Positions 12,879 through 26,186 of a DNA stretch of 64,000 bases are shown piece by piece. The stretch is taken from positions 12,710,001 through 12,774,000 of the forward strand of contig NC_135260.1 of assembly GCF_964204865.1 (NCBI RefSeq). The letters are read 5' to 3'. The notes beneath the pieces are model-generated. The model was not told the DNA's origin. It worked only from the letters and a program-made list of their open reading frames with translations, and did not search any database. The translations under genes were made by a program, and so were the position numbers. This DNA comes from Styela clava. Its lineage: Eukaryota. The first letter of the stretch is position 1. Every line of letters begins with the position of its first letter.

Positions 12879-15800
12879 TTTTCTAGTGTTTGCAAATCTT
12901 GGAGTGATATTTTCAGTGTGGATTTGGTGGTGTTTACTACTGATATTGTCTTGATAATTGTAGTCGATATCTTCGTCCGAATCATCCTCTTAAAAACAAG
13001 AGAGCAATGTTCAAATACATAGAAACGAAGGTCAAATGACTACTGTGATGTCAGCAAAATGATAACCAGCCAAAGGTCCAAATTTTTTTTACCGGATATC
13101 ATATGAAGATGTGCTTGTGAAATATAAAAAATTCAGCTAAATTTTGGTCGAAATATAGGTCCCCGTATAATTAACAAAAAAGAAAAAATTGAAACTAAAA
13201 TAACACTTTGTGTCTTATAAAATATCAATAATTCGAAATTAGTGCATGCCATATGGTGCGGTCAGTAGTAATGGGAACTTTGTGTTAAAAAATGGGTGTA
13301 AAAGGAAGCAAAAGTGAATAAAAAGTGGTTGAAAACACGCAGATGATCATGAAACTTATTTAAAAACCATGTACAACTTAACCGTTTTATGGGTCGTACT
13401 TTGTTTAACACTTCAATGGATTTTTTTTTATCAAATATTAGAATTGTTCGATGCATATCGCCATACAACCAATTTTAGACAAATTAAATTATCTTTTAGC
13501 CCTAGATTGTATGTGATTACATTGATGCCGAAATGTAAAAACGTGTAAAATACTATGTCAAATAATAAAACTATGTAAATACCTTCCAACCACCTCATTC
13601 TGGCAACGTTGTTTTCAGATAAGTTAGGCAACGTTGTATTTGTTTCTTTTTCTGATGAGGCATTATTCTACAAAAGCAAATATAAAAACATTTGTTGTTA
13701 GTTTGATAAACAGGTGATTGTTTATTAACATGGTTTTTCAACTTAATACTCCCCTATGCGATCACAAATGTTCGAAAAAAAAATTATAGTAGCACAAACG
13801 TGCTGAAATTTTATGGGTATTATTTTATAGTTTTTATCCTAAACGACAAAATTAATGTAACAAAACTGTAGCTGTCATTTGCCGTAACAAAATAATAAAG
13901 GTTCGTAACGTATTTTGGAATTTATTTTTTATTGATAGATCATGAGATGTCATTAAATGTTTCTTTATTTGACAATTATTTATCGTTTATTTTAAACGTT
14001 TGCAAGATTATATACTTGGAATAAACTCCGGCAAAGCCTACTCTTACTGAAATAACACATGCAGACCCTATAAACTGTTATTGACAAAGTGTATTAAATA
14101 TGCAAAATGATCTGAAATAGACTCATACCAGAAATCGTGTCGCTTTATCAATACAGAAATCGCGTAACAAATTTTTGCATTGTGACAAAAGACGAGCAAA
14201 TTTCATTTTATCATTAAACTGAGTGCATTCTTTAATTAAGACATTCAGACTTATACACGCCAGTTGTAAAATTCAAGAATATGTGCATAGATCTTTCCCA
14301 TTTTTTCCAAATAAATCCAAGTTTTAATACGACGAATACTTACATGAGATAAAATCAGTTGCCCCGAAGTTCCTCCGCCAGATAGCAATAACGTTTCCGT
14401 GTTATCGTTTTCGTCTTGATTTTGTGTTGGTTGAGTGGATGTGGAATAAGCTGGTATCTTGCAAAGTTTCTGTCTCTCACACATATTTTCCATCATTATC
14501 TGTACCTATTTTGATCACATAATTGGCAAAGTTGCCAGTAGCATTTGTAATCGACTGTAAAAAAACAATCGATGTTGTACTTGCCGGATTTTATTCCACA
14601 AATTTTCGGCTTCAAGTGCTACATGTTCCGATCGCTAAGCCCGACTAAAAATTTGACGTCATAGATTTGAGGACACTTACTTGCCCTTTTAGACAAAGCA
14701 ATTCTAGGCTGTTTCGTTTTACGAAACCGTAAGTACCATTCTGGAACGGTAGCGTACCCATGTATCGTTGAGCAGACCCTGACCAGCACCGCATATCATG
14801 TCACGAATAACGCTTTCAGAACAATACCATGAATCTGCCCAAATTTAACAATAATTCAAAGTGATGAAGAATTGTATGTTAAACATACTATGTTGATTTT
14901 GAAGCTTTTATCTTCTTGCATATATACTTTAATTAGCATATAAATTGGAAAATAGAAATTGGCTAATAAACATCATAGTTGAAATTCAGATTATCGTTGA
15001 ATTTCTCGTTGTATTTATCTCTTATAAAGATATTTATAACTCAAATAAGGTCAAGATGATATCACGGAATATCGAAACCACTTGATTGTGCACCAACGAG
15101 TTGCAAGTCTCACATCGTACTCGAATAAACATGAAAATAATAATATGCCGATATTTTTATATCATATCGAGCATGAATTCAAATAAGTGTTGTATTATGT
15201 TGAACGAAGCCTTGAAAAAACAAATGGATGTTTAATCGATATTAGACAACAATGACATGGTTTAATTCAAGCCATATTATGTTACACAGGATTTGGTTGA
15301 GTGTGACGCATTTCGATATTGTTTCAGACTTCCTCACACCGTGACCGATGCCGAACATTGTAAGACAGCAACCCAAGATGAATTAAAAAATCATTATGCC
15401 TAAAAGCGATACTTGTTCACAAATTTTCACGTGTGACCTAATAGGCAACTTTGTGATGTTCTTCTAGTAATAAGCCTTGATTTGGAAGTATTATTGATTT
15501 TTCCCACCAAGTCATAATAAAGCGTTATGATAAAATTATGGTTATAATGTTCATTTGTTCTATAAATCTATAACATTATACTTCTCTGCTTTGGAGTACT
15601 TCAGATTGGTAGGTGGGTGTAATAAAATCCTAACCCCAATGCGAAAGCTGCTTAGAATAGGGATAAAGAAATTAGATTAGGAACAAAATGAAACAATTTA
15701 TAGGTATGATAATCGGTATGATTGTTGAAAAATTAATTATGCTGTGGTAGTGTGATTAAATATCTTGTGTTCGTTGTGGGTATCTTGTGCATGAAAATCC

Positions 15801-16690
15801 CCATGGTACGCGTGCTGAAAAAGCTTGGAAGCACGAGGAATTGGAGTTGCCATGTACTTCTCACTAAAATTCACTATTCGTTGAGATTTTACGCAAAATC
15901 ATTCACTTACATGCTGCCCCTAATATTATCAATGTCACAATGACTTTAAAATGTATAATTGTATATTGAGAAGAACTTGGGGAATCAAACTAGAATCGTA
16001 TAGAATTGCTTAAGTTGCATCTGCTACCTCAAAGACTATTCTTTTCCTTGCATACACTAAAACAATAATTACGTTCACGACAGGGAGGAACTTCTTTAGT
16101 TTAAACATTGTACTCAGTTTAAAAATATGTTTTTGTTAGATGATGGCAAGTTGTGTTGCAATAAAAATTACGTTTGCTGGATGTTACACCCTCGTTCAAA
16201 ACAAAGTACTTCGTAGTTCAGACGTAAGCTAGAAATTAGCTTGACTACGATTGCGTTGTGAAGTAGTGTCTATTCTAAAAATAGAAACGCAGACTTTTCC
16301 TATACGTTTATTTCAGACCTTCCTCAACAGAAGGGCGTTCGTACTTAAAAAATTCTATCATTTAGCAACCCTTCAGAAACTGTGACATTTATTCAAGATA
16401 TTAACCCATATTCAACAAACCAATTCTTTATCCCTTGCTAGAATCTCGAGCAACTGACGCATATACTTTGTATTGATTTGGCTCGGTTATTGGCCATCCT
16501 GATTTCCAGCGAGCGAACTTCTACCGACTGTAACAAAAACAATAATATCAACGATTAAAACCGTTATAATTAACCTTAGCCAGCTGCTATGTAAAAATGA
16601 GATATACACATATCTAATGACAACTACAACATGCGCTTAATAATAGTGACTGCAATATAAAATATTTCGATACTATTTTAGAATATATGG

Positions 16691-16814
16691 AAATTTTGGT
16701 GCTCCAGAAGTATGCGCACCAGGATGTCGTACAACCTGAATCCCGACGGTACACACATACTTAGTTCAGGTTGTGCGTCATCTTGGTGCGCATACTTCTG
16801 GAGGTCCGAAATTT
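16691..16814. mobile_element. Hairpin MITE (~125 bp), copy 1
   Basis: Arms CTCCAGAAGTATGCGCACCAGGATG...ACAACCTGAA and TTCAGGTTGT...CATCTTGGTGCGCATACTTCTGGAG are near-perfect inverted repeats. Related copy at 39036-39146. Confidence 0.75.
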
Positions 16815-18015
16815 TCAATTGTACATTTTCTTCCACGTCGTTTAGCGAAATCTAGTTCGACATAATGGAATTTTTACAGCCTCAAATTCAATTATTCAAT
16901 AGAAAATGATGTTTTATTTGCAATTATATATTCAATGAAGTATTCAATAACAGGATCTGGTGTATCATATTGATTTATCAAAAGGATTTGGTGTAGTATA
17001 ACTAGGATGATAAAATTTGATCTCAAATCCCATTGACACCACCTCACTCATTGTGGATCTGTGAAGAAGTTCAGTGATGTAAGCTTTTTCACCTATGAAA
17101 TTTTATTGTACCCGGACGTATGTCATAAATTGGATTTACTCATCTCTTTCTGAGGTAAGCACGGAGGAATAAAATAAACTTGACTGAAAAGGCAAACGGA
17201 CCAATTCATATAGTGTAATTTGGACTAACTGGACTGGAATTTAAGAACGAATAATGAACATCTAAGATTGGATTCAGTAAAATTGACCTTTATATAATTG
17301 TATTAGTTCCATTGTTATTATCTTTCAAACAGATTTTTTTACAATTAGATCGTTTAGGATTTTGCGTTCCAATATTGCGATTGCGTTTGTATCAGATTTA
17401 GTGATCTAAGGACGCAGGAAGCATTTTTCAGCAGTCTATACCAGTCGAAATTTGCATATTCTTATGGAAAAGCAAACGATAATTAAACATTAAGCGGTCC
17501 TAAATTGTTGTTTTCAGAATTCTTCTCCTTCATCTTGTTGTTTTGAAAAAATTCTCTTTGACTGCTCGACCATTGCCTTGAAATTTTCAGTAGTTGAAGA
17601 TTGTTGTTGTCGCTAAAAGCCCATAGCTTTTATTTTATCAACAATTTCTGTGGGTTCTACGGGATTCGTTTTTCATGTTTTGTCCAGTCACGTCAACAAA
17701 ATTACTTGCAACGGTTTCACGACCGCATGTTACCGATTGAGTTTTTGAAAAGCTGAAAGTAGTTTACCATTACTATGAAAGATTTGAATTAATTGACATT
17801 TCGATTAAAATTAAAAAGCTGAATGCATGATCATCGTCACAGAACTTAGGAAAACTAGAACATTCCGGGTATGCTGGTGTCGCTACTGATGAATTCGCTA
17901 CTTCTTGGGAATTGCTGGTAAAAAATTTCGTTTTGATTCCGTGTCCGTATATTTGAGCATTGCTCTGCTATCTTCCATATATCTTTCATATTGATCATGT
18001 ACGGACTCTTTAAAG

Positions 18016-18523
18016 CAGTGATTCTCAACCGCGGCTATAAGGGCGTCATGCGGCTCTTAACTATTTTTTCTGTGGCTCTCATTATCGTTTAAAATTATTC
18101 ATTTTCAATGAAAATTAATCGAAGACTTGAAATTGAAAGACTTGAGTGCAGTAGTTAAATTGATGTTATTGTAACCATTAGATAGTTTGTGGTTCAACTA
18201 TTTATTGTGGTGTCATAGTGTTTCTTCCCACAATGTTTAGCCTACGTTTCAGTACACTTATTTCATCGTTTTCAGTAATCACAAGAAGAATATCCCATAC
18301 GTACATTGTGCGAAGTTTAGGTATTTTCGATCAAAATATTTATTTGTTAGTTTGTCAAGTCAAAATGTCAAGCCAACTTTTTATAATTATATATAATCGG
18401 TCATTTAAATGCGATCGTTTGGTTGCTATTTTAATTTGCCTTGTTTTTATGCGGCTCCTTACAACTTAAGGTTCGAAATGTGCCTTTGGAACTAAATAAG
18501 GTACCGTAGGTTGAGAACCACTG
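18016..18523. mobile_element. Non-autonomous hAT (Charlie-like) MITE
   Basis: TIRs CAGTGATTCTCAACC and GGTTGAGAACCACTG. Flanks CTTTAAAG and TTTTAAAA form a 6/8-matching TSD. Confidence 0.85.
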
Positions 18524-20181
18524 TTTTAAAATCAATATCAACTTCTCCCAAGGGTAAGTTGCCTTGATCTAACATTGATCAGACATCTTAAAAATCCAGA
18601 TTTGGGCTCGTAGAAGACTTGACATGAATTGCTGTTGTCATTACTAGAATATAGTAAATCTATCTTCGTACGAAGTTAGACAACCTAGGTGCAATTAATT
18701 ATTAACTTTCCGGAGTTCAAGATATGAAGGTATGTTCATACATTAACATGCTTGCATGAATACATGTGTCTATTTTCCGACTGATCGTATAAAACAGATG
18801 CCTTTTTATGCTATAGAACAGCATATAGCATATTATGTAGTTCAGTATAAATCAAAGTTCGAAAAAGGTATACAACTAGACCTTAACTTTGACTAGTATT
18901 ACGTGGTCTGAGGCATTTGATTCCAAACTAAAAACTCGTCACGGACAGGTCTAACAAAAATTCAAGTAGTTCAAGATCAGGTTGAAAATAGGTGTGTAAA
19001 CCCAGATAGCCTAATAAATTATATCCCTTTCGAGAGATCATAAGTTCTGGTTTGATTGAAATGAAATTTTCTCATTTGAAGAAGCAAAGAGAGCTGCGAG
19101 TCGAGCATCATGATTTGTTTTTGTCATCATCGTCAACAGCATGCCCTTAGCATTAGAGAACTAACCATAGCACCTTGGTTTTCCTGACTTTTAAATCTTT
19201 TATTTTGGCATTCAGTACAGATCGCAAGCGACCATCTGAGGCTTTCGCAACCATTGTGACATTAGGCTTTAGTGAATTAAATGCACTTCTTGCATCTATG
19301 GCAGCCAACATCTTTAGCTGAAAAGTTGAGCAGTACAGCCTGTTCCTATCCCACCGAACTCAAAGCGACAGATAAAAATTTTTTTTTAGTATGTTAGTGT
19401 ACGTTGAATATAATGTATACCTCATAGCTGTTTTCGGGACCGTATTGACATTGCTTAATTCAAGCGTCAATCGATATTGAGCAAATATTCTTCTATTGAG
19501 CAAGTATTTGATCAAATTATCTTTTTCGAAATTTTCTTTATTGAGTGACGACACAAAAGATTCATGTGTGCAAAACGGGGCGTTCACTTTTTTGTAGACT
19601 CTTTTATCAACACTTCATTTGCAAACAATGGTTTTTTGAATACGCAGGAAATAATACTATCCCGTATCTCATCATTAAACAGAAAACTGATTCCGATTTT
19701 TTAGCGAATGTACGCTATTATTTGCCTATGCTAGTTTTATTTTTGCCTCTCTTCAGCTGGGCTATATGATTGTTCACTGTTCGCGCCTTATTCTTTATTC
19801 AGATATTTACTCGTTATTTGCTTTTTATGCGACTCGCACCTTTTTGTACCCAGGCCTTCAATCTGTTATATTTAGTGAAGTCAAATAGTTGAAAAGCAAC
19901 AGCGAAGCATTACGTAAAAAAGCAACGTTTAGTTATAGTATGAACAGATCTGATAGATAGACAGAGTTATCAGACAAAGTTTGCTCATAGGAGAGTGACT
20001 ATATCCATAATAACGCAGGTAAAATTAAAGATTCCAAACGCAGTGATAAAACAATTCTAGACGTTTTTAGAGTTGATTATAAAATATTTATTCATATGAT
20101 ATAATAATGAACTGATAATATTCTGAGAAACGTCTATAACGCTTTCTAATAGTTTGCCCTCTTGCAATATATCTTGTGGTC

Positions 20182-20383
20182 GGTGACCGTACATTTGAAC
20201 CCAAGTACATTTGAACCCATGTGTATATCCGCGGGTTCAATTAATATGCGGGTGCTAAAACCCATGGGTTAAGTTAGTATGGGTACAAATATCCGTAAAA
20301 CCAAAAAAAATCCATAGGTGCAATGGCATGCAGGAGCACTTGTCGTGGGTTCAAATGTACGTGGGTTCAAATGTAATGAAACC
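20182..20383. mobile_element. 202-bp MITE with repeated-subunit TIRs
   Basis: TACATTTGAACCCA twice at the left, TGGGTTCAAATGTA twice at the right. Perfect TSD TTGTGGTC at 20174-20181 and 20384-20391. Confidence 0.85.
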
Positions 20384-21180
20384 TTGTGGTCAAATTATAG
20401 TTATGAGTCGTTACAAAAACGCCCACAATCTTCATTTGACTATTCTATGAGCAACTGTTGCGATATAATATTACGAACGAGATTTCTTAATCTGCAGTTC
20501 AACACGTAAATTACTGATGTATTATTACCAGGTGTATATCCTGTGCTTTAGTATGATCAACCACTATTTTGTATGCTGAACATTGCTCATGCTCTCAACT
20601 ATAGGTGTTTTCGTCTTTACTCGTGTCGTAATGCAAGAGTTAATCTCATACTTGGGCGGCGCAACTCATCCGAGAACAACTTTACGCCCCATTGGAATAA
20701 TAAATAAATACAAATAGATGATACTCTTTACCAAATTGTCGACCATAATCGGAAATCAAAATAATCGCTGAACATATATATAGTAGTATTTGATTTCCTA
20801 AACTCAGTGACTATTTCAAATTATTGGTCACATTGTGTATAAAATCTTTCGTACGTAATATAAGCGTACGGACAAAATACATCTTCGCCGAAAAAAATGG
20901 GATATTCCCGAGGTAAACGAAATAGTAAGTAAATAAAAATAGGTTTTAATTTTGCATGATATCGTATTTAGTACGCTGCATAGCGTTCTGAAGTTCATTT
21001 TCCATTCCAACCGGATTTAGACGATGAGGTCGCGGGAACCCAAGTTGAATACCGAACAGCGACTCCCAGAGTTCTAATATCTAATTTGAAATAATATAGT
21101 TATAAAATTACTGATATTGACGTTGAGTACCGTACCAACTAACATCGCTTACCAGAGATCATATTGAAGAGCCACAAGAC

Positions 21181-21260
21181 CAGTGGCTCTTTTTTAACCT
21201 TTTTCAGTTCGCGGACCGGTAAAATTTCAAAACAAATTTTGCGGACCGGCGGACCTTCAA
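21181..21260 (+). mobile_element. hAT-like MITE 5' end fragment upstream of CHST copy A
   Basis: CAGTGG...AACCTTTTT start with repeated GCGGACC subterminal motifs. Absent from the paralogous right arm. No 3' TIR found. Confidence 0.45.
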
Positions 21261-21435
21261 AATTAACCAAAAGTGTCATGAACAAGAAACATAATCAAAA
21301 GAATGCAATTAGTGCAAAAGTAAGCGGTGCAAAAGAATCCAATTCAATTTAATGAAAAATTTGCTGCTGTCTTTTTATTATTATACGTGTTAAACGCGGT
21401 TCTAATGAAGTTTCTGCAAAGCGAGGTAAAAAGTT

Positions 21436-23994
21436 ATGGGACTACGTGAACATAAAGTCTTGCTGATTACTGCTGCACTTCTCTTGGGGCTGTACTTGAT
21501 CGGACAAACTTTTCAAATGGTAAAGAAGGTAGTTCTGAAAAATGTTTTTCTGCGTAATTAATGAAGCACTCGATTTAAAATTTTAAGTTAACTTGCTGCT
21601 TTTTATTTTCCCTTCCCGGTCTTACGAAATTCATCCGAAGATGGGCGTACATTTAGATATATATATAAGATTTAGAGGACACCTTCACACAACAATCATT
21701 TAAAAGTTGGCTCAAATGTTACTGACAGTCAGTCGCGGCAGCCAGTTGACATTGATAATAGGCAATAGCAATTTATTGGTTAACAAATCCGGCAATGTAT
21801 ACAATTTTATTTTGTTTTCTTGTTTTTCTAAATCAAGTCACTAAATAAAAAAAAATAGGTATTCGAGTACCGTCAGAACAAAACTTCTTGTTGTAAATTA
21901 GCTAAACTCTTTACTTTATTTGTAAATCAATAATTTTGCCACGATTACGACTATTTTCGAAACGATAGTAGTCATTCAAATATCCCTGACCAAACTAGAA
22001 AATAGAGAAGGTGGCATGTTGCTCGTCAGTCGTCGATAATTATTCTCCGGAATAAAAAACAAATATTATCTGATACAAATAAATACCTACTATTGATAAT
22101 TGTATTGTGATATAGATTCATTTCATTAAAGAAATCACATTTTATATATTATACAGAGAATCGAGAGTGGTACCCCGGAGAGATATGAAATCTACAGGTC
22201 CCAGCTCGACCATAATTCCACCACATATCAAGCAGGTATTTGCATCATGCTTCATATAATATAAGAGCCTTGCACTTACTTAAAAAAGTTTTTTTTTTTC
22301 AAGAGAGAAGCATGAAGTTTCGTCGTGAAATGATGCTCAGTGCATGTCGTAAATATTCGAAAAATAGGCCATCCTCTTCTGACGTGACGTATGTAAAAAA
22401 TCCATTCCTAAAGACAAGCTTATTTTTTTCTGACAAGTTTAAGGTGAGACATTTACAAAATATCGCAGTATTAACAGGCCTGTTCTGCACAAAACTAAAT
22501 GTTATCTACTGATACAGTGTTTTGCATTTGGAACTACTGTTCTCGAACAATGTATCTAAGAGTTATTTATACTATTATTATTTTAGTCTGATAATTGCCA
22601 CTTTAATTATTGCGTACTGATGGATTCACTTTTAGAAAAATCATATCTTATTAACATAAAGATGCTTGGGATTTAAACGACAAAACAAACTATTTCTTTG
22701 CCATCCTTAATAGCAGCAAGGTGTGATCAGAGGACTCATTCGAAATTAAGGCCTTCGTTAAAAACATCATATTTACATTTTTTTCTTCTGCAATATGATT
22801 CCATTTATTTCTTCTAACTTAGTTATTCTTTCTAGTTTGAATGTGTATTCTATTGCAAGTTATTTCAAATTCTATCTTATTTTGCATCCAATTTCATGTA
22901 AAAGATGTCATTAAACTGACGAATTTGCTTACCTATTAAGGAATCCTGCAAGCGTGCTCTATTTTTGAAAACAAAAACTGTTTCAATTTTTCTCCACTTT
23001 CTAACATGAATTTTACTTTTGCTTTGTGTCCTATAAATTTTCATTCAGCCGAACATTTTCACGGTTTCGATTATACGATGTGTAATGACTGAATATTAAT
23101 AAAACAATAATATACATCAGTTGATAATGAAAGACAAATAATTAATAAATATATGATGAGAATTTAATAAAAGAAATAATATTAATACATAAATTGATCA
23201 ACAAGTGAGAAAACATTTGCGGAAAATGACACCTTGCTATTATGTAAATTTTTTTTATAAGTATTTCACCATTTGAAATAAAATTGTATTGTTCTAAGGT
23301 TCTATTCTGTCAAATACCAAAATGTGCCACGCGCAGTCAAGCGAAGTTTCTGGCAGCAGCCGACGACCTCATCAAAGAGTCAGAAATGGATACTGTTACT
23401 GAAATTCGAGCTACTTCACTTATAGAAAGACATCTTTCTGCAAGACGCATACGAAATATCAACGAGATTGCTCGAAAAATGAATACATACAGCAAAGTTG
23501 TCATTGTTCGAGAACCATTTAGTCGCCTGCTTTCTGCATATCGTAACAAATTGGAGAACAATAAAAGACGTGATGGTTATGCTGGTGCAGCTAGAAATAT
23601 TCACGAAAAATATGGCGAAGGGCACGGAGAAGAAATGGACGGTGCACCTGTTATAACATTGAATGATTTCGTTTCGTATTTGGTAGACCCCAAGTCGAAT
23701 GCGCAACTAGACCAACACTGGAATTATTTCCACAGACTGTGTTCCCCATGTGAAATCCAATACGACTATATTGTTCATGTAGACACCATTGATGACGATA
23801 TGGCCTTTATAATAAACAAATTTGGATTCAAAAATCTGACTTTTCCACCTTCTTTCAACAGTTTCACTGACAATGCTAAGGTGCAGAAATATTTTGCCGA
23901 CGTATCCCCAAATTTAGTGGAACCACTTTATGAAACTTATAAAAAGGATTATGAACTATTTGGATTTATGAAACCTTCTAAATTTCAAGGATAA
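21436..23994 (+). CDS. Carbohydrate sulfotransferase (Sulfotransfer_2, CHST8-14/HNK-1ST-like), type II Golgi membrane protein, 335 aa, copy A
   Basis: Exons 21436-21528, 22157-22235, 22304-22443, 23299-23994 (1008 nt, in frame). Signal anchor MGLREHKVLLITAALLLGLYLIG, 5'-PSB CQIPKCATRS, 3'-PB VREPFSRLLSAYRNKL, DQHW..LCSPC..YDYI, C-terminal YKKDYELFGF. Confidence 0.92.
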
Positions 23995-25604
23995 TAACAA
24001 GTAATTACATAGTGTTGTGTTTGAATGTTGTAGTAAGTGCCAGCAGCTGGATTTGTTTATTTATTGCGACCACAAAAATACGAAAAAAAATGAAACGATC
24101 GTATTCGTATTTGCCGAAGTTTTTGTGTCTTGACTGCTATTTCAACAGTTTACTATGATCAGATAATGCCATCTATAATGCAAAATCTTATTGAATTTTT
24201 CATCAATGTGGATATTACGCGAGTAAGGCTCAAAAAGTTCAGAAAGTGTGTCGATCTCGATGCGTTTCTTTATTTTGGTCCAAGTCCAATTCTAGAATAT
24301 CTGCCACATTAATAGTTGTAACCCTAATTTAAATATCCAATAGTTTATTGAGTTAAACTATCGGTACTGTTTTTTATTTCACAAATTTTATGACAGTTTC
24401 CTTCCCGTCGTATATTATTTTTTTTATTACATGTAATATCATACCGGTATTGTTTGCAATTTAGTCTTTGCTATAAATTTATTAGAGTCTGGTAATTTCT
24501 CTCTTTGTATTTGGTATATAAGTCTTTAAAAATTTCATTAGTTATAAATATTTTTGTGCGTACTGTTTGCCTTTTTTTAGCGTTACATTTTGCATTTTCT
24601 ATAATTATTTTTTTCATAGATTTTTTTATTTTGCCTTCCGTCAGATTTTTTGTTTTTCAGTAAGTTTATCCGAGATAGTTGCATATTTTAATTAATCTGC
24701 GAAATAGTCTCGAATATGTTTACTGTCGAAACTATTGGTATTCAGTACTTGTTCTTCATTCAGGTAATTTCTCAAACCAATCTGTATCAGCGTTAGGTGT
24801 CGCTGAATAAATACCTCTCTAGGTCCCTCGCAATTCCGGTCAAACAATTAACATAATCAGTACATTTATTTGTTGTATCAGTTTTCTATACACTTGTGTT
24901 TCGTGATGACAAATAAACGAATGATTGATATTTGAGCTCTTATGACACAACTTACTTTTTCTTGTTTTGTGTAAAATATTCGATAGTTGTATGTTTAAAC
25001 ACGTGACTCAAGCGAATTATTATGTTCGTTGATCAAGTGAAATACACAATAATATTGTGCTGTTAGCGTAGTTTATAAGTTGTAATACCCAACTTCTCGA
25101 ACTTGTTTGTAGTAAAATGCTCTAGTTTTAGAACTAGTTTATTACCTCAAGCAACTATACAAGTCAGTCAAATAAAGTATGTATAACGATAGGAAAAGAC
25201 TGTCTTTGAAAGTATTTTCGTCTAAAACACGAAACTGACGAGATTTATACCGCATAGATCGATTTTTAATGAATGATATAATTTAGACAATTTACCCAGC
25301 AACGATTGAATCGAACTTCAAATTTAAGAGTTATCAAAAATAATAGCAACAATTTGGGAAACTTTGGCGACTGTTGAAAATACATCAACAAAAAAAATCA
25401 ACAAAATGCTACGAAAAAACTGAAATTGAATTTTGAAATCGAAATTGTACTAAATGTTTAATATATCCTGGAAAGAAATTCATACATATTCAAAATAGGG
25501 GCAATTTGAGAATATAAAGTACATAAATTATGTGTCCAATGATTAAATCTCGCACTAACTATTACACTCTAACTCTGTTTAGCTCTTTTTGCTAATCGTT
25601 TGAC

Positions 25605-25795
25605 TTACTTGAGACCCAACAAATCCGCTGTTCTGATCATTTTTCCATCCGGCCCAAATCCTGGTTCAATTTCAGAACCAGGGGGAGGAGGATTCTCTTC
25701 ATCTACCACATATGATATCTTAATTCTCATTTCTGCTGCCAATGTATTAGTGTTCTCTCGATCGTCATCATTGCCCGTTTTTTTACGCAGATACC
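25605..25795 (-). pseudogene. Orphan duplicate of the terminal exon of the coiled-coil gene (44079-44276)
   Basis: YLRKKTGNDDDRENTNTLAAEMRIKIS...DLLGLK* with an intact tccag acceptor. Homology ends at ~25880 and no upstream exons were found. Confidence 0.8.
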
Positions 25796-26186
25796 TGGAT
25801 AAAATGTGAAAACATGGGAACATTGTAAAATACATGAGTGTAGAATCAAGTTGACTGCACCGCGGATATTATCATTGTATTTTTAAAATAAAGTACCAAA
25901 TAAAGTATGCTTGGCCCATTATGTGTTTTTAATCACTTCAATAATTAAAAAAAAAGATATACTCTATAACTTAGACTATACGATGTGTAATGATCGAATA
26001 ATCATAAAAAAATGATACATAAGGTAATAATGGTAAACAAATAATTAATAAGTAATAAGGAATAATGTTAAATGAATTAATCAACACTGGAGAAAACATT
26101 CAGCGGAAAATAAGTTCTTGATATCACATATAAAAATTTTGTAAGTATGTCACCATTTCAATGAAAAATAGTTAAATTGCTTGAAG

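Larger units (their letters stand above)
17088..25880 (+). repeat. Left arm of large inverted segmental duplication (pairs with ~44000-52310)
   Basis: Reverse-complement matches: 17088-17500 to 52310-51910, 20730-21150 to 51820-51540 and 50317-48890, 21400-25880 to 48680-44000. The segment 17.5-20.7 kb is unique to this arm. Confidence 0.85.

Noticed and set aside
14251-14830. 81-aa ORF and exon-like pieces with GTAAGT donors on the minus strand
   Set aside because: I could not assemble a consistent coding model. They may be 5' UTR exons of the 12333-12878 gene, but there is no support from sequence alone.
23337-23706. Antisense ORFs conserved in both CHST copies (also 46135-46504, 22299-22490, 47338-47529)
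   Set aside because: Shadow frames of the real coding exons; their conservation follows from the recent duplication.
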